A stretch of DNA of 64,000 bases from contig CM041465.1 in assembly GCA_023213395.1 (NCBI GenBank), positions 187,123,741-187,187,740 of the forward strand, in the 5' to 3' direction. Positions 39,454 to 50,911 of this stretch are shown piece after piece. The DNA comes from Cycas panzhihuaensis. Its lineage: Eukaryota; Plantae; Cycadophyta. Below the pieces are notes generated by a model. That model was not told the origin of the DNA. It did no database searches and saw nothing but the letters and a program-made list of their open reading frames with translations. The first letter of the stretch is position 1; the number at the start of each line of letters is the position of its first letter. The translations under genes were made by a program, and so were the position numbers.

Positions 39454-42400
39454 ATGCGATGCTTTTCCCGTCGCTTGCGTGGTCTACCTCCATTGTTAGA
39501 AGACCCCGAGTATCGCCCTCTTCCTTTGTCAGATTCTAATTTGACTATGGAAGGATACTCTTCTGATTGGGCCTACCACACCTCAACCTTAGAAACCCAT
39601 GTTTTTCCTTCCTCTATTCTCAAGTCCACCCAAGAGGGTGATGACCCTCTTTATTATCCGAGTGACCAACATCACTCGCTCGACGTCTATCCCTCTACCT
39701 ATGCCATAGAAGGATCTACTCCTCTCGAGACTTACCACTTAATCGGTGACTCTTATGAGGAGCATCCCGAGGGACCTACCTCGTTCGAGGTCCCAACTAC
39801 CTCTTACGAGTATGTAGGAACCCCTCATGTTGACGTAGTTAAAGCTCTCAGTGAGTGTCACCGCGCGGCACGCTTGCAACTGCGTCCTGGCTGGCTTGAG
39901 GGTGCTCTTCGTGGAGGAGCCTCTTCTTCTTTCACTACTCCCCCGCATGCCTCATCCTCGTCTACTCTTCCATTGACAATAAATCCCTTTGTGCCTATGC
40001 ATGTGTCCTGCTCCTTCCCTATCCCTGTAGTGGGGGCACATGTTACACCTTCTGTTTCTCATCGAGGTCCTAGTGTTTTGGGATCTTCTCGTGGTGTGTT
40101 TTTCCCTCAATTGAAGGTTAGCATACCTGTCTCTAACCAAACCAATGTGCCATCCCCTAATGTGGTGCATACCTTTCCTAGTAGGCCCGTCAATCCTACT
40201 AGCCTTTCAGCTACCAGTCATGTGGGACCCACTCCCACACACTCTCAAAACCAACATGTTGGTGCTTCCTTCTACGTTCCCCCAGGGTATGCTTCTCAAC
40301 CTTGGGGGCAGGGTAGAGGAAGCCATCTCCCAGTTTATGGGGTGGATCCGCTACACCCATATGGGGTTGCTCCACCTACGAGTGGCCCATATTAGCAAAA
40401 CCTAGTTCCACATCCATCTTGTCCATCGTCTAATGAAATTCCATTTGTTGTGCCTTCGCAAGGGAACCCGACTCCCTTCCAAGGCACCTATCCCTACGCC
40501 CCTTCCCAGCAGGGGGCATTTTCTCAAGGAGGGATGTGTTCCACCCCCATCTGCTCCTTGTTCATTACCCGCTTCATCATTCATTGATCATATGGTCTAG
40601 GCGAGGGCATGCCCCTTTATGGTCAACACCTCTATCCATCGAGGCGTTAAGAACCAATCTGCCACCTCATCCCCCTGAAGTTCCAAGATTCGACCAAACT
40701 TCGTCGCAAGACCCGGTGGAGCATGTGCGTAGTTTTTCTATGGCATGCATCGATTATTGGGCTTACGACCACATTTTAATGAAATTATTTCTGCAATCCT
40801 TGCAGGGTGACGCCCTTAAGTGGTTCTATCATCTCCCTGCCCATTCTATCCATTCATTCTAGCAATTGGTGGATGAGTTCATCAACTATTTTGATGTAGC
40901 CCATCCATTCGAGAGTGGAATGAAGTCACTTCTTTCACTCAAACAAGGTCACGATGAAATAAATCGTGACTTTGTGCGGCGATTCCATGACTTGCTCCAC
41001 TCTATTAAGGTAACATTACCTGAGGAGTTGAAGCGAGACCTCTTCGTCAATGCACTTAGTCCCGAAGTGCATGTGGAAGTCCTTAAAATGGGGGCAACCA
41101 CATGCGAGTCTGCGATTGCCAAGTGTTTAGCGTTGGAGGCTATTGAGATCCAAGCTGGTCTCAAGAAACCTCTTAAGCCCTCATAGCGCCATGAGGCACC
41201 ACCCCAGACCAAAGATACCAAACCTTCACAACCTACCCAGTCTTCCTCTCATCCGACTGAGAGGACTTTAGACCCTCTCACATCAGCCATATGCTCATTC
41301 GAGCGTACGATGAAGGAACTCAAGCTTCAAGCTCCTTCATCCCCTACATCCAACAAGCAAGTCTAACAAACAACCTAAGCTCCTCTCCCCAGGAATAGAA
41401 ATGCCCAGTCATCTTAAGCGAGAAGGTCAGACCCTCCGCTTGAGAAGAAGTGGTGCTCCATTCATGGGGAGTCCTTCCACGATGATTCGCATTGTAGGGC
41501 CTAGCATGCTAAGGATGCCCCTCGACGTGACTCTTCCCCTAAACAGGCCTCAAGGCCTAATTTGGATCAACCAGTTCACAAGGATCTGTTCCCTAAACAT
41601 GGGGAACGCGATTGCAACACCCAAACCAAGAATAATAGGAACCGGGGAAGATCGTCTGATCCCCATCCTTCTCGTGACAAAGGGAAGGGTGTCCGGAACT
41701 CATCTTCTTCCTCTCGTTCTCCTAGTCGTCGCACCCCATCACCTTCGTGACCCTAGAACAAGGGGAAGAAGGTGATCTAGTTGCTTGAAGTGACTCCTTC
41801 CTATGCCCTTACGCGGTCTTAGGACGCCAAGGAAGTAGCAGGAGCTTCTTGTTCTTTTGCTCCTTCTGACCCTCTTCCAGAGGACCTTCCTCCAGAAGTG
41901 CCTCTCTTTGCCAAGGCTATTCCTGTATGCCCAAGTCATTACGATTTCTGAAGGGCACTTACCCAGCCTACGACGAAGGGTAATCCCTTCTCCATCGTGG
42001 ATGAGCTGCATACTGTCGCCGCAGGAATGTCCTTGATGGACGTTTTGAGGAGTTGTCCCAAGCAGTGGGCCCTCCTCCTAGAAGCTTTAGGATCGAGTGA
42101 TGCGCCTATCCACACTTTGGGTATTACCCAAAGCTATGGACCCGTTATCTCATTTGATCCTAAGGATCTTCCTCCCGCCGGTGAAAGGGAACATCAGTGG
42201 AACTTCCCATTCATTATCACTATCGATACACCTGATTGTACCCTTCGAAGGACTGTTGTCGACAACGGTTCTTCTGTCAATACCATGCCCTTGCGTGTCA
42301 TGCAAGAGCTTGGTATTTTCGCCTTGGAACCTATTCCGTGGCGATGCTAAGGTTATGATAGTAGCGAAAAGACCCCTTTGGGATCTGTCACGATTTTGCT

Positions 42401-45400
42401 CACCCTTGAGGGCAAGACTTTTCTTGCCGATGTTGTAGTCCTTGATGTTGATGTTGACTACAACCTCCTTCTAGGTCATCCATGGCTCGATCAAATGGGA
42501 GCCGTGTGCTCGACTCTTTGGGGACAACTTAAATTTGTCCATGATAGACAGATGAGAGTGATTCCCCGCGAACGCCCATTTTCTAAACAAACTCGTTCCA
42601 CCAATTTGGCAAACCAAGGTCCTTCCACGCATGCCTCGGCCTGCTCTATTGATATACCTAACCCATCTGAAGAAGATCCTGCATCTTCTTCCCCTAGTCT
42701 CACGCGGTTCGCCCCTATTAGCATTGGGAGTTACAGGTACCTTACCTTGTTTAGTGACGACGAGTCATACGATGAGGATAAGGATGGTCTTCACCCCGTC
42801 TCTTTCCTCTCACTTTTGATGAGTCGCACCCATCTCGTTCTAGATCCTCCTCTAGAATCTCTCTCATTGGTGAGGCTAGCTACTCCTGCGTGTCACACGT
42901 CATCGCTCGTGTTGACCTGCCCATCGTCAGTTCTTCTTCTTTATTACCCCCCTTAGGTAATGGCTTCGAAGAACTGCCTTTCGATCCTTTCGAGGAGCCT
43001 CCTTTTGATTTCCCTTCAGAATCCCACAAGGAAGTTGAGCAACCCGATGACCATCACGGTCCCGTTGTTTCTACTCCCTCTAGTGCTTCCTCTACTCGAA
43101 GTAAGGTCATCTATGGGGTGGATTACTTCGAGGATGACGAAGCCCTGCTTGAGCATTTAGCGGGTTTTGTGCCCAACTTGCCTTCTAGTCACCACAGGCT
43201 TGGTCACTAGAAGATCCTTGCGGTCAGATCCACACTCGCCGATCCGATCCTGTCTCCTATTCCACCTCTTCCTGTTGACCTTGCCCCTCTCCACTTTGAG
43301 GAGGGTAATGCCATGTGCATGGGGGTGACCCAAGACATAATCTTGGCCCCTGACAAGGTCATTAAGGTCAGGTTGGAATGTTCCCCTGATAAAATAAGGG
43401 AGTACTCCCTTCTATTCCAGGAGTTTCGAGACGTGTTTGCATGGGATTATGCTGACATGAAGGGAATCGATCCCTCCATTGTCACTCATAACCTCACCAC
43501 CATTCCTGGCGCCTGCCCTATGTGCCAGAAGCAGCGTCCCCTTCACCCAAAGCTCTCAACCACCGTCAAGATGGAGGTTGAAAAGCTTCTGGACGTTGGG
43601 CTTATTACTTCCATTGACTACCCTAAGTGGGTCTCCAACATCATCCCCGTTGCTAAGAAGAATGGGGCAATCCGTATATGTGTCGATTTCCACAACATCA
43701 ATAATGCTTATCCTAAGGATAACTTCCTATTACCCTTCATCGATCAAATTATTGATCGCACCACTGGATTTGAAGTTATGTCCCTAATGCACGACTTCTC
43801 TGGCTATAACCAGATTCAAATTTCCCCTAAAGACCGCCACAAGACGGCCTTCACTACACCTTGGGGTACCTTCGCCTACAAGGCGATGCCCTTCAGTCTT
43901 AAGAATGTAGGTGCTACTTACCAAAGAGCCATGCATTTCATTTTCCACGACCTCATTGATAACACATTGGAGGTCTTCATGGATGATATGATGGGTCTCT
44001 CCTGTGTCAGGGCCCATTATCCATCCGACTTGCATGCCATCTTCTCACGATGCCGCAAGTATCACGTTAGTCTTAATCTGCTCAAGTGTATGTTTGCCAT
44101 TACTTCGGGTAAACTCCTTGGGTTCCTTGTATCCAAACAAGGAATCCAGATTGACCCTGACAAGGTCAGGGCGATCCTTGATATGCCACTGCCTAGAACT
44201 CAATGACAGATTAAGTCGGTTCTAGGAAGGCTCAGTTTTCTCAAGTGCTTCTTAGCAAACTTTGCTGTGAGCGCTAAACCCCTCACGAACCTATTGAAGA
44301 AGGGAGCTCCTTTTGCCTAGTCTGACAAGACCCAAAAGGCCTTCAAAGGACTTAAGGAAGCCCTTGCTTCCGCTCCTACGTTGGCACCTCCTTGATTCGA
44401 TAGGCCCTTTGTCCTATACACCTCGGTGACTGATGAGTCCTTGGGCGCTATGCTAGCTTAGGAGGATGACTCAGGAACCGAGAGAGCTATATATTTCATC
44501 AGTCACACCCTCGTGGCTGCTGAGCTTAACTATTCCTCTGTCGAGAAGGAGTGCCTCTCCTTGGTCCATGCGACCAAGAAGTTCAAACACTACTTACTTG
44601 GCAACACCACTAAGGTGATCATTCAATCTGATCCCTTGCGATACTTGCTGACTCGTTGGTTGTGGTGGGCTGGTCGTTGGGCTATCTTACTTCAAGAATT
44701 CGACCTCCATATCATCAACCGGAAGTCAAAGAAGAATGAATGTGGGTGGTGAGCAACAACTCAATGCCCATCCTAACTCCTTTGGTGTCCCCGGGATGAC
44801 TCTCTCGATGGAGTCTATCCCTGATGATTCGATGATCTCTCCCCATCCACTCATCGGCCGTGGTATGGTGAGACACATAGTATCTTACACGGCAATACCA
44901 CCGATGCGGTAGAAGTTAGATCCGATGTTAGATCTACGGACTTACGCCAGTAATACCTCCTCATGGATGGGGTATTAAGAGGTCCTTCGATGATCCATCC
45001 CTCCGCATCACTACTCTACTCATGAATGCCACCATGGTATTCCGCTGGCCACCATGGTATTTGTGGAGGTCACTTTGGGGGCTATGGCTCGTCAGAGGAT
45101 CCTTCACATGGGTTATTTCTGGCCATCCCTTTTTAAGGATGCTCACGCCTTTGCTCTGAAATGTCGGCGATGTCAGGAACATGCCAACATTTCCCATGTG
45201 CCTTCCGAGGCCCTGCATCCTATAGTTTCACCATGGCCTTTTGCTCAGTGGGGACTAGACCTTATTGGGGCTATTTCCCCACCTTCGTCGTCACAACACA
45301 AGTTTATCTTGACTGCCACAAAGTATTTTACCAAATGGGCGGAGGCCATCCCCTTGATCACTATCCCTAGTAAAATGATTTCCTTTACTAATGATTCATT

Positions 45401-46083
45401 TATTTTTTTTTTCCATTTCAATTCTGCCCAATCCCGTGAATGGAACTCCTTTCTATAACAAGGAGATGGATGAGCTTTGTGAGAAGTTCAAAATTTCTCA
45501 CAAGACTTCCTCCCCTTACTATCCTCAGGCAAATGGTCAAGGAGTCTTCAATAAGACTCTCATCATTCTCAAGAAAACCATTGCTCAATCCCAAAAGATG
45601 GCACCCACCCTACCCTACGCTTTGTGGCTTCTTCTCTATCCTACGCCCGCAGGAATGACCTTGACCCCATTCTCCTTGGTCTACGGTATCAAGGTGGTAG
45701 TCCCACTGGAGGTGGAGATTCCTTCCTTGCGAGTCTCCCTTCGAGGTCTCATCGACGAAGAGTCAATCTGTTAGGCTCGCTTTCTGGACCTCGAAGCTTT
45801 GGATGAGAGATGCTTAGCCACTTATCAGGCTGACCTGGCATCCAAAGCTCGCTCATAAAGGACCTACGATCAACATCTTCATTCTCATCCTTTGTTTCCT
45901 GGGGACCACGTCCTCAAGCTCAAGTATCTCCATGATCGCTTGACCAAATTCAAACCCCGATGGGTTGGTCCTTTCATCATTATCGAATCCCTTGGTAATG
46001 GTGCCTACAGGATTGCGACCCTAGAAGGGCTTGAATTTGAGAAATCTGTTAATGGGAAATTCCTTAAGAAGTTTTATGTGTGA
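39454..46083 (+). pseudogene. Tat gag-pol (gag, protease, RT, degenerate RNase H, integrase) with stops and frameshifts
   Basis: Gag DPVEHV..F and LQGDALKWF; protease VVDNGSSVN; RT RICVDF..N, YNQI and VFMDD; RNase H NYSSVEKECL; integrase WPFAQWGLDLIG, PYYPQANGQ and PRWVGPF. Confidence 0.96.
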
Positions 46084-46739
46084 TCTTTCGGTGATTTCTT
46101 CGCCCTGCTCTGAAATGAGCCTAAACTACCATCTTAGGTTGTCCTCATTCTTCCCAACCACGGGTAGAATGGCAACTTAAGGTGGATCCTTCTTCTTTTT
46201 TCTAGTTCCTTCCGCGGAACCCGTGTTCCGGTACCCTCTCGAGAACTTTTGTCTTCCTACTTGGACACTCCCCAACCAAGTTGATGCTGTGGAGCTTCGT
46301 CGCTCCTCTCTCATGTCAGCTGTTTCCTTTATATTCCGCTATGCTCTTCCGTAGACGTGTATGCCACTCTATCCTCTAACCTCACACCTCTCTATCGTCT
46401 ACACTCATGACGTATGTGTGTGCTCCTGTTAGACATATAGCCATACATAGAAGGAAATGTGTGCACCATACAATAAAATATTCATAACATAAAATATCCA
46501 CAGCATAACATTTACAACATACAAAATAAACATACATGTCATCCACACATGATACATCATACACAGCATCTCATATCCAAATGGGGTTCCAATTATCCCG
46601 TATATATATATACATCCAAAAATCATGTTACATCATACATCTGGGAAGCTGGTGTCCTTGCAGGGGGGGTACAATCATATGGTCCTATATATGACCCCCT
46701 GGAGGCCCATGCTTTCCCCCATCAAAATCATATATACAT

Positions 46740-48623
46740 CTCATACTCTACTGCTGCCCCACTCCTGGGGTACCATCTCCCGGTCTATGTGATCCCTCTC
46801 ATGGGGACCACATCCCTCCGAGGCTCCTCCTGGGCCTCCACGAGCTGCCTGCCTCACTCTCCTCGTCTCGAGGTCATCTCAGGGTCGTCGCAGCCATGTG
46901 GGTATGCGTCTTGCTCCGGCTCGACCTCGACGCTATCTGTGCTACCAGCTGATTGTATCGGGCCTGGATATGATCTCTCTTTCCTTAGAGTACTTCCTTC
47001 ATCACCCTGAGATGCTCTGTGAGTACCGTTAGCTGGACTCTGCTCCCGGCATCTTTGCCTGCTCTGCCCTGTACCTCTAGAGGCTGCACCTGTCTGCGTA
47101 GCTTGTCCCTCTCGCGCCTCGCATCATGTCTCTCCTACTGCAGCCGTCCCTGGGATGTCACGTGCTCTTGGGACTCTGCAGCCCATATGTCCCTTGCCCT
47201 CACCAACGGGGCGAATACCTCTATGTGGGCACCTGCCGCTCTAGGCTCATCTCCCGCCTGGATGGGCGGTTGCCCCTTTGCATACACTTGAGGGAATATC
47301 TCCCTCACCACAGCCTCTATTAGTCTCCGGATCTCTACTACACCTGCCAATGCAACATGCCATGTGTCAGTGTATCTCGCCATATACCATAATCAAACTA
47401 AACCAAATATCTATCTGGATACCAAACGACACTAGAAAAGGTTAGGTCTCACTTGCTGTGGCCGCCGGCTCCTCTGGTCGCGTGGCATCCTCCCCTCCTG
47501 GCTCTTTGCCAGCTATGGGTGCCTCATCCTCTGGCACCTCCTCTGCCTGGGCCTCCTTCCTCACGGGGACCTGCTCAGCTCTCATCCCTCTGGATCCCAT
47601 CACGATCCGCAGCCTGCGGGCCCTGGTCACGGGCCCCCTACTCTCATCCTGCGCTTTTGATGGGCCTGGCTCTCCTCTAGCAGCCCCAGGTGGACCCTCT
47701 ACTCCTCCTGCCGTCCTTGAGGGACCTGCCTCTCCTGCAGGTCATGACGGGCTGGCCCCATCTCCTCCATTGTCTCCATCATCTCCATCATCACCTGTAG
47801 GTACTCCTGCTCTGCCCGCCTCGTCGTCACTATCCCACCTCACTGTCCTGTAGGGCTCTACTACGTAGTCTGGCAGGGTGAGGAGGTCTAACGACGTAGC
47901 CTCCACCAATCGTCGGACATGGGCCCAGTCCTCTGTCGCTCTCAATTGAGTCTGCCACCTATGGACCATCGGGGCCCATTCTGTGATGGGGTGTAGTCCC
48001 CCCGCTAGTGCCACTGCCGCGAAATGATCGAAAAACCAACACTGCAGTAGTGTGCTATATGATAACCTGCCTCTGCCGGTCATCCTGATAGTATCTAGCT
48101 GGTTGATGAGGTTCGCCGTTATCAGGGTCGCCCAGTCCATTCTTTCACCAGCCTCGCAGTGACGAACTCCATCCAACCATCCACCTGGTATCTCCCTATA
48201 GTTCTGCTTCTGGGAAATCTGGAATAGAACGCACAGTATAACCAGCTTCCTCACCCGAGGAATCCCTGACATCAGTATAGTCTAGAGGGGAGTTCCCTTC
48301 CGCTCCCATCTGTTTGCTCCTGTGAAGAATAGGGTTGCCTCCCTATGTGCTATGTCGGTGCTAGGCAGCGTCCCCAGTCTCACCGGCCTCCCTGTCGCCG
48401 GTACTCCCAGTATCTGTCGTATATCTCTCGGCATGACCATCACATCACCTACCTGTAGTAGGTGGAACACATGTCTCCTCATATCCCAATGAGATACTAT
48501 ATCGACCAATAACCTCTGATCTGATGCATACTGAGGTATCTTGTGGGTTTTGTATAGGCCACACCTCTGCAGGATCTCCCTGTCCTCCTGTGATACCATC
48601 TCCATGTAACTCAACATGGCCAT
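46740..48623 (-). pseudogene. Antisense extra gene: plant mobile domain (PMD, aminotransferase-like) plus acidic linker and coiled-coil tail, with a predicted intron at 47452-47344
   Basis: DQRLLVDIVSHWD..RHVFHL..GDVMV.PRDIRQILGVP..GRPV and DWA...LLQCWFFDHF are PMD motifs. ORFs starting 48623, 48272 and 47630 share one frame. A GTGAG...GCAG intron joins that frame to ORF 47135-47383 in phase. The 3' end is approximate. Confidence 0.85.
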
Positions 48624-48799
48624 ACCTACGTTCTCGCAGTTATCTACCGCGATGATAGCCTGTCCACACCAAAAGCAATCAAAGTTAGCTTCATGTCAGT
48701 TATTATCACTCCTTACTCTCTCAAAACCCTCTCTGCCTGTGATTTGGGGCTCTTTGGGTCCTTTTGCCATTTTTTCTACTTGCCTGGGTTCATACCACG

Positions 48800-48827
48800 C
48801 TGAACTTAGCGGTACCGCTAAGTTCAG
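48800..48827. repeat. Perfect 28-bp palindrome CTGAACTTAGCGGTACCGCTAAGTTCAG
   Basis: Identical to its own reverse complement. Confidence 0.95.
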
Positions 48828-49832
48828 GGCAGGTCCCGCAGTAATGATCGCAGCACCACGATCATTACCGTAGTACGAACGACGATCCCCTAAAAGGGAG
48901 GATTTCTGCCCCGAAACCAAATTTTTTTTTTCTGGTAGACCCCGTGGGGCCCACTAGGACCAGGGCTCCTTAATGCCCAGGTCCCCGCCTCTTTCTGGAT
49001 CTAATTCAGACTCTGAGAGGCCTCTGATTGCCCATAAGGGGTACTAAAATTCCACAAAAATTATAAAAAACCAATTAAATTCTAACTTCGAAATGGGTTG
49101 GGTTTAGTAACATCCACTCACTGGATCTGGTCTCGTTATTGCCATGTCATCCTGCCGATCCCGCTGGCCCTCTCTGATCTCTAATCCAACGGTTCGATCT
49201 CTCCTTGCGTGCCTCCAAAGTTGGGTGGAACTCCACTGCGTAAGGAAATGGCTCTGGTTTCGTACGAGAGCCGGTGAAAATGAATCAATTTTCCGTTCGA
49301 TTTCCTTATATAGGAGGGGGCCCCAATGGGTACTTCTTCCATTTTTGGCTCCGTGACAGCCATTAGGACCGTCCCATTTCCCTGATTGCCTTTGCCTTCT
49401 GGCCCTGTCGCCCATTGTGCTCTCTTGATACCCTTTTTGCGCCTTCTCACAGGTGCATTTATGGTGCCTCAATTTTGCACTTTTTTTCGGGCCCTTCCAT
49501 CTCGTTTTGCATGCCACTCCTGTGCATGCCCGAGTTTATACTCGTTTGGCTCGTTTTGTCACCCTGGACTCGTTTCCGTGGTCCTTTCTCGCTCTTGGGG
49601 TCCCCAAAGGGTATGCTCCCCCGTTCAGGGGCATGTTTCGATTTCTGAAGTAACCTTTTGGTGTCCCAGGAGGCATTTTTCCTCTGACCACTATCTGCCG
49701 GTGATCGGATTGCTTGCTTTCGCCCTGGGTAACCTCATTGCTAGGTCCTCCTACCCTTCACGGCCACCCTTCTGCTTGCCTCTCGAGTATTGCTTTCATT
49801 ATTTACTGACTACTAGGACTTTTGTGTCACCT

Positions 49833-50330
49833 ATGTCCATCTATATCTTTACTGACAGTGGAAGCCGCGGTAACCCTAGACCTTCTGTCACTGCATAGAT
49901 TCTCCACAGCCCTTCTGGACACGATTTCCTCTGCTCTGGGATCTTCCTCCTAGAGGCTACTAACAATGAAGCTGAATATACAGCTGTCATTGAAGCCCTT
50001 ACTGATGCCCTCCATCTTCATCACAGATCCATCGTTTTGCTTTGCGACTCTCAAGTTATGGTGTCTCATCTCACCCAGGTTTACCAGGTGCGATGCCCTC
50101 ACTTGAGGACTCTTGCTTCTGCTGCCAGATCTCTCCTGGCCCGCTTCTCTTCTATCGATATCTAGCATATCCCTTGGGCCCTCAACGCTAAGGCAGATAG
50201 TCTCGTTCACCTCATCCTTGAGTGGCACCTTCCTTTCCTTGCTGACCATCCCTTAGGCTTGTCCGGCCCTCCTGTCGCCCAATACCCAGGTCGTCTTACA
50301 CTTTGCTTTGCGACCCGTTCGCACTTCTGA
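49833..50330 (+). pseudogene. Stand-alone archaeal-type RNase HI (aRH) ORF, 165 codons with two in-frame TAG stops
   Basis: MSIYIFTDSGSRGNPRPS...ATNNEAEYTAVIEAL...LLCDSQV...HIPWALNAKADSL contains all four catalytic acidic residues (D,E,D,D). The ORF track misses most of it because of the stops. Confidence 0.92.
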
Positions 50331-50662
50331 AACCTGGCCGCTAATGAGGTAAAACTATGGCATCTACCCCTTGCTTACTCTTTACATGGTTATGCACATC
50401 TTTCTGTATCTTTTGTGGTGGGGGCAGCCCCCTCACCCTTTTTCCTTCCAGTCGGTTTCTAGGTGGCTCATAGGCAGCCCCTATGTTGTGTCCACTGCCG
50501 CTTTCGTATCCATGCGTTCCACCATGACACTCGCTGGCACCCTTGCCTACTATTATGATCTTGATTGATATATCTGTATACACATGTACTATTGACAGTT
50601 GTGTTGCCAACATTTGCCATCGTACCAAGCTTCTGAGCGGCGAGGCTCTGCCGCCGAGGCGG

Positions 50663-50911
50663 TGTTTCCGACTTCGGGAATGGATACGGAATTACTGACT
50701 CAAGTAAGTGCAGGTATGTTTCTCACCTTGTCATCGCGTTCTTTTGATGAGCATTTGTTTGCATGTCTGCATGCTTGTGGCCTTGTAGACGACTCTGCCT
50801 TTGTCTACACTTATTTTAACCTATGACGACTATAGCAGGGGCACACTTCCAGTAAGTGTGGCACCCTGGTGGCTACTCCACTTCCCGTATTCTACCCCCC
50901 TCGCTCTAACA
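50663..50911 (+). repeat. 3' terminal repeat of the Tat element, probably a truncated 3' LTR
   Basis: Matches 36556-36806; starts TGTTTC and ends CTAACA. Confidence 0.9.

Larger units (their letters stand above)
36556..50911 (+). mobile_element. Young Ty3/gypsy Tat/Ogre-clade retrotransposon with extra 3' ORFs
   Basis: A GC-rich block that splits the copia D integrase. It has ~250-bp terminal direct repeats, an Ogre-type PBS, gag-PR-RT-RH-INT, an antisense PMD ORF and an aRH ORF. Confidence 0.93.

Noticed and set aside
47458-47853. Plus-strand Ser/Pro-rich ORFs, and others in 46549-49898
   Set aside because: They are shadow frames of the minus-strand PMD gene or the spacer. Only the last ~21 codons of ORF 49386-49898 belong to the aRH.
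46740-48623. PMD gene as a host MAIN/MAIL-like gene
   Set aside because: It lies between the integrase and terminal repeat of a retrotransposon nested in three other elements, and it carries in-frame stops.
49833-50330. RNase HI as prokaryotic contamination or recent horizontal transfer
   Set aside because: Archaeal-type RNase H is an established component of Tat-clade plant retrotransposons, and the ORF is contiguous with the element.
36556-50911. DIRS/tyrosine-recombinase element, suggested by the missing TSD and odd terminal repeats
   Set aside because: A DDE integrase and an aspartic protease are present, and no YR or methyltransferase motifs are visible.
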